Of a stretch of DNA of 64,000 bases, positions 63,320 to 64,000 are shown piece after piece (position 1 is the first letter of the stretch; each line of letters opens with the position of its first letter). Position numbers and translations under genes: made by a program. The stretch comes from Callorhinchus milii (taxonomy: Eukaryota): assembly GCF_018977255.1 (NCBI RefSeq), contig NW_024704742.1, positions 7,442,001 through 7,506,000 of the forward strand. The letters are read 5' to 3'. The notes beneath the pieces were generated by a model. That model searched no databases and was not told the DNA's origin. It saw only the letters and a program-made list of their open reading frames with translations.

Positions 63320-63725
63320 CATCTTCGTAGCTCAGCGGTAGCACTCTTGTCTCCGAGTCAAAAGGTTGCAGTTTCAAGCCCCACGTTGGGACTTTGAACT
63401 CACAGGCTAGGCTGGGGGAGCACAATGGGGGTGGTTCGACATTGCTAGCAGTGGGTTGAGACGTTCAACTGAGGCCCCGTTGGCCTGTTCAGGTGGATGT
63501 TAAAGATCTCACGGCACTATTGGAAAAGAGAAAGGTGTTTCTCCCAGTCTCCCCCCCACCCCCCCAAATGAAGTTGGCCATTCACTGCGTTGCTGTTTGT
63601 GGGACATTGTTGTGCACAAATTGACTGCTGTGTTGGCCTATGAATATGTGGTCACTGCACTTCACAGTAAAATCCTTTGAGATGTTGTGAAACCGTGATA
63701 GGACATGACTTCAAATGCAGTTATT
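63320..63725 (+). mobile_element. Deu-domain (SacSINE1-like) SINE, near full length
   Basis: tRNA-like head gtagctcagcggtagcactc...ttcaagcccc, Deu gaggccccgttggcctgttcaggtggatgttaaagatctcacggcacta, shared 3' half. Confidence 0.88.
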
Positions 63726-64000
63726 CGTCTTATAAGCTTGATCAGAGTATCAGATTTGGGAGTGAAATCCAACAGCAGATAATATTCGTATCAATAAACT
63801 ATCTGAGAGACAGGTAAAACTCTGCACCTCTATGGACTTCAATAACTGCAAGGTCAGCTTCAGCAGCACACTTCATTTTCCAATAATTATAGATCACCAG
63901 ATTGTACCAACAGTGGAAAGGATTCTGCGTACTCATCTGTTAACCCTGAAAGCCAAAGCCCTGATGGGTCGGGTGGACCCAGCTGATGCTCTTAATAATA

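Overview
Repeat-rich vertebrate non-coding DNA (intergenic or a large intron). The repeat content points to a cartilaginous fish, probably a chimaera; this is inferred from the SINE/LINE types, not from a database search. I recognise no host protein-coding gene, rRNA, true tRNA gene or CRISPR array. The recognisable ORF-track hits are decayed L2/CR1 ORF2 pieces, and the rest look like SINE or microsatellite read-through or chance. The window is dominated by: (1) a tRNA-headed SINE with an (ATT)n tail, in a long form and a younger short form; (2) an older Deu-domain, SacSINE1-like SINE that shares its 3' half; (3) many 5'-truncated L2 LINEs ending in (TTG)n, one of 2.2 kb keeping the endonuclease but lacking the RT core; (4) CR1 remnants; (5) an unclassified old dispersed repeat and palindromic MITE-like remnants. 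The most notable non-routine observations are a G:U-biased 22-bp hairpin with a competing upstream partner strand (36.5-36.7 kb), a ~108-bp duplication exactly flanking a SINE that copies part of a candidate exon (27.7-28.2 kb), a tight ARE/MARE motif cluster (14.8 kb), a perfect 34-bp inverted repeat 1 kb apart (37.4/38.5 kb), and modular head/tail swapping among the SINEs. None of these is demonstrably a new biological system from sequence alone. Repeat boundaries were read by eye and are approximate (about +/-20 bp).
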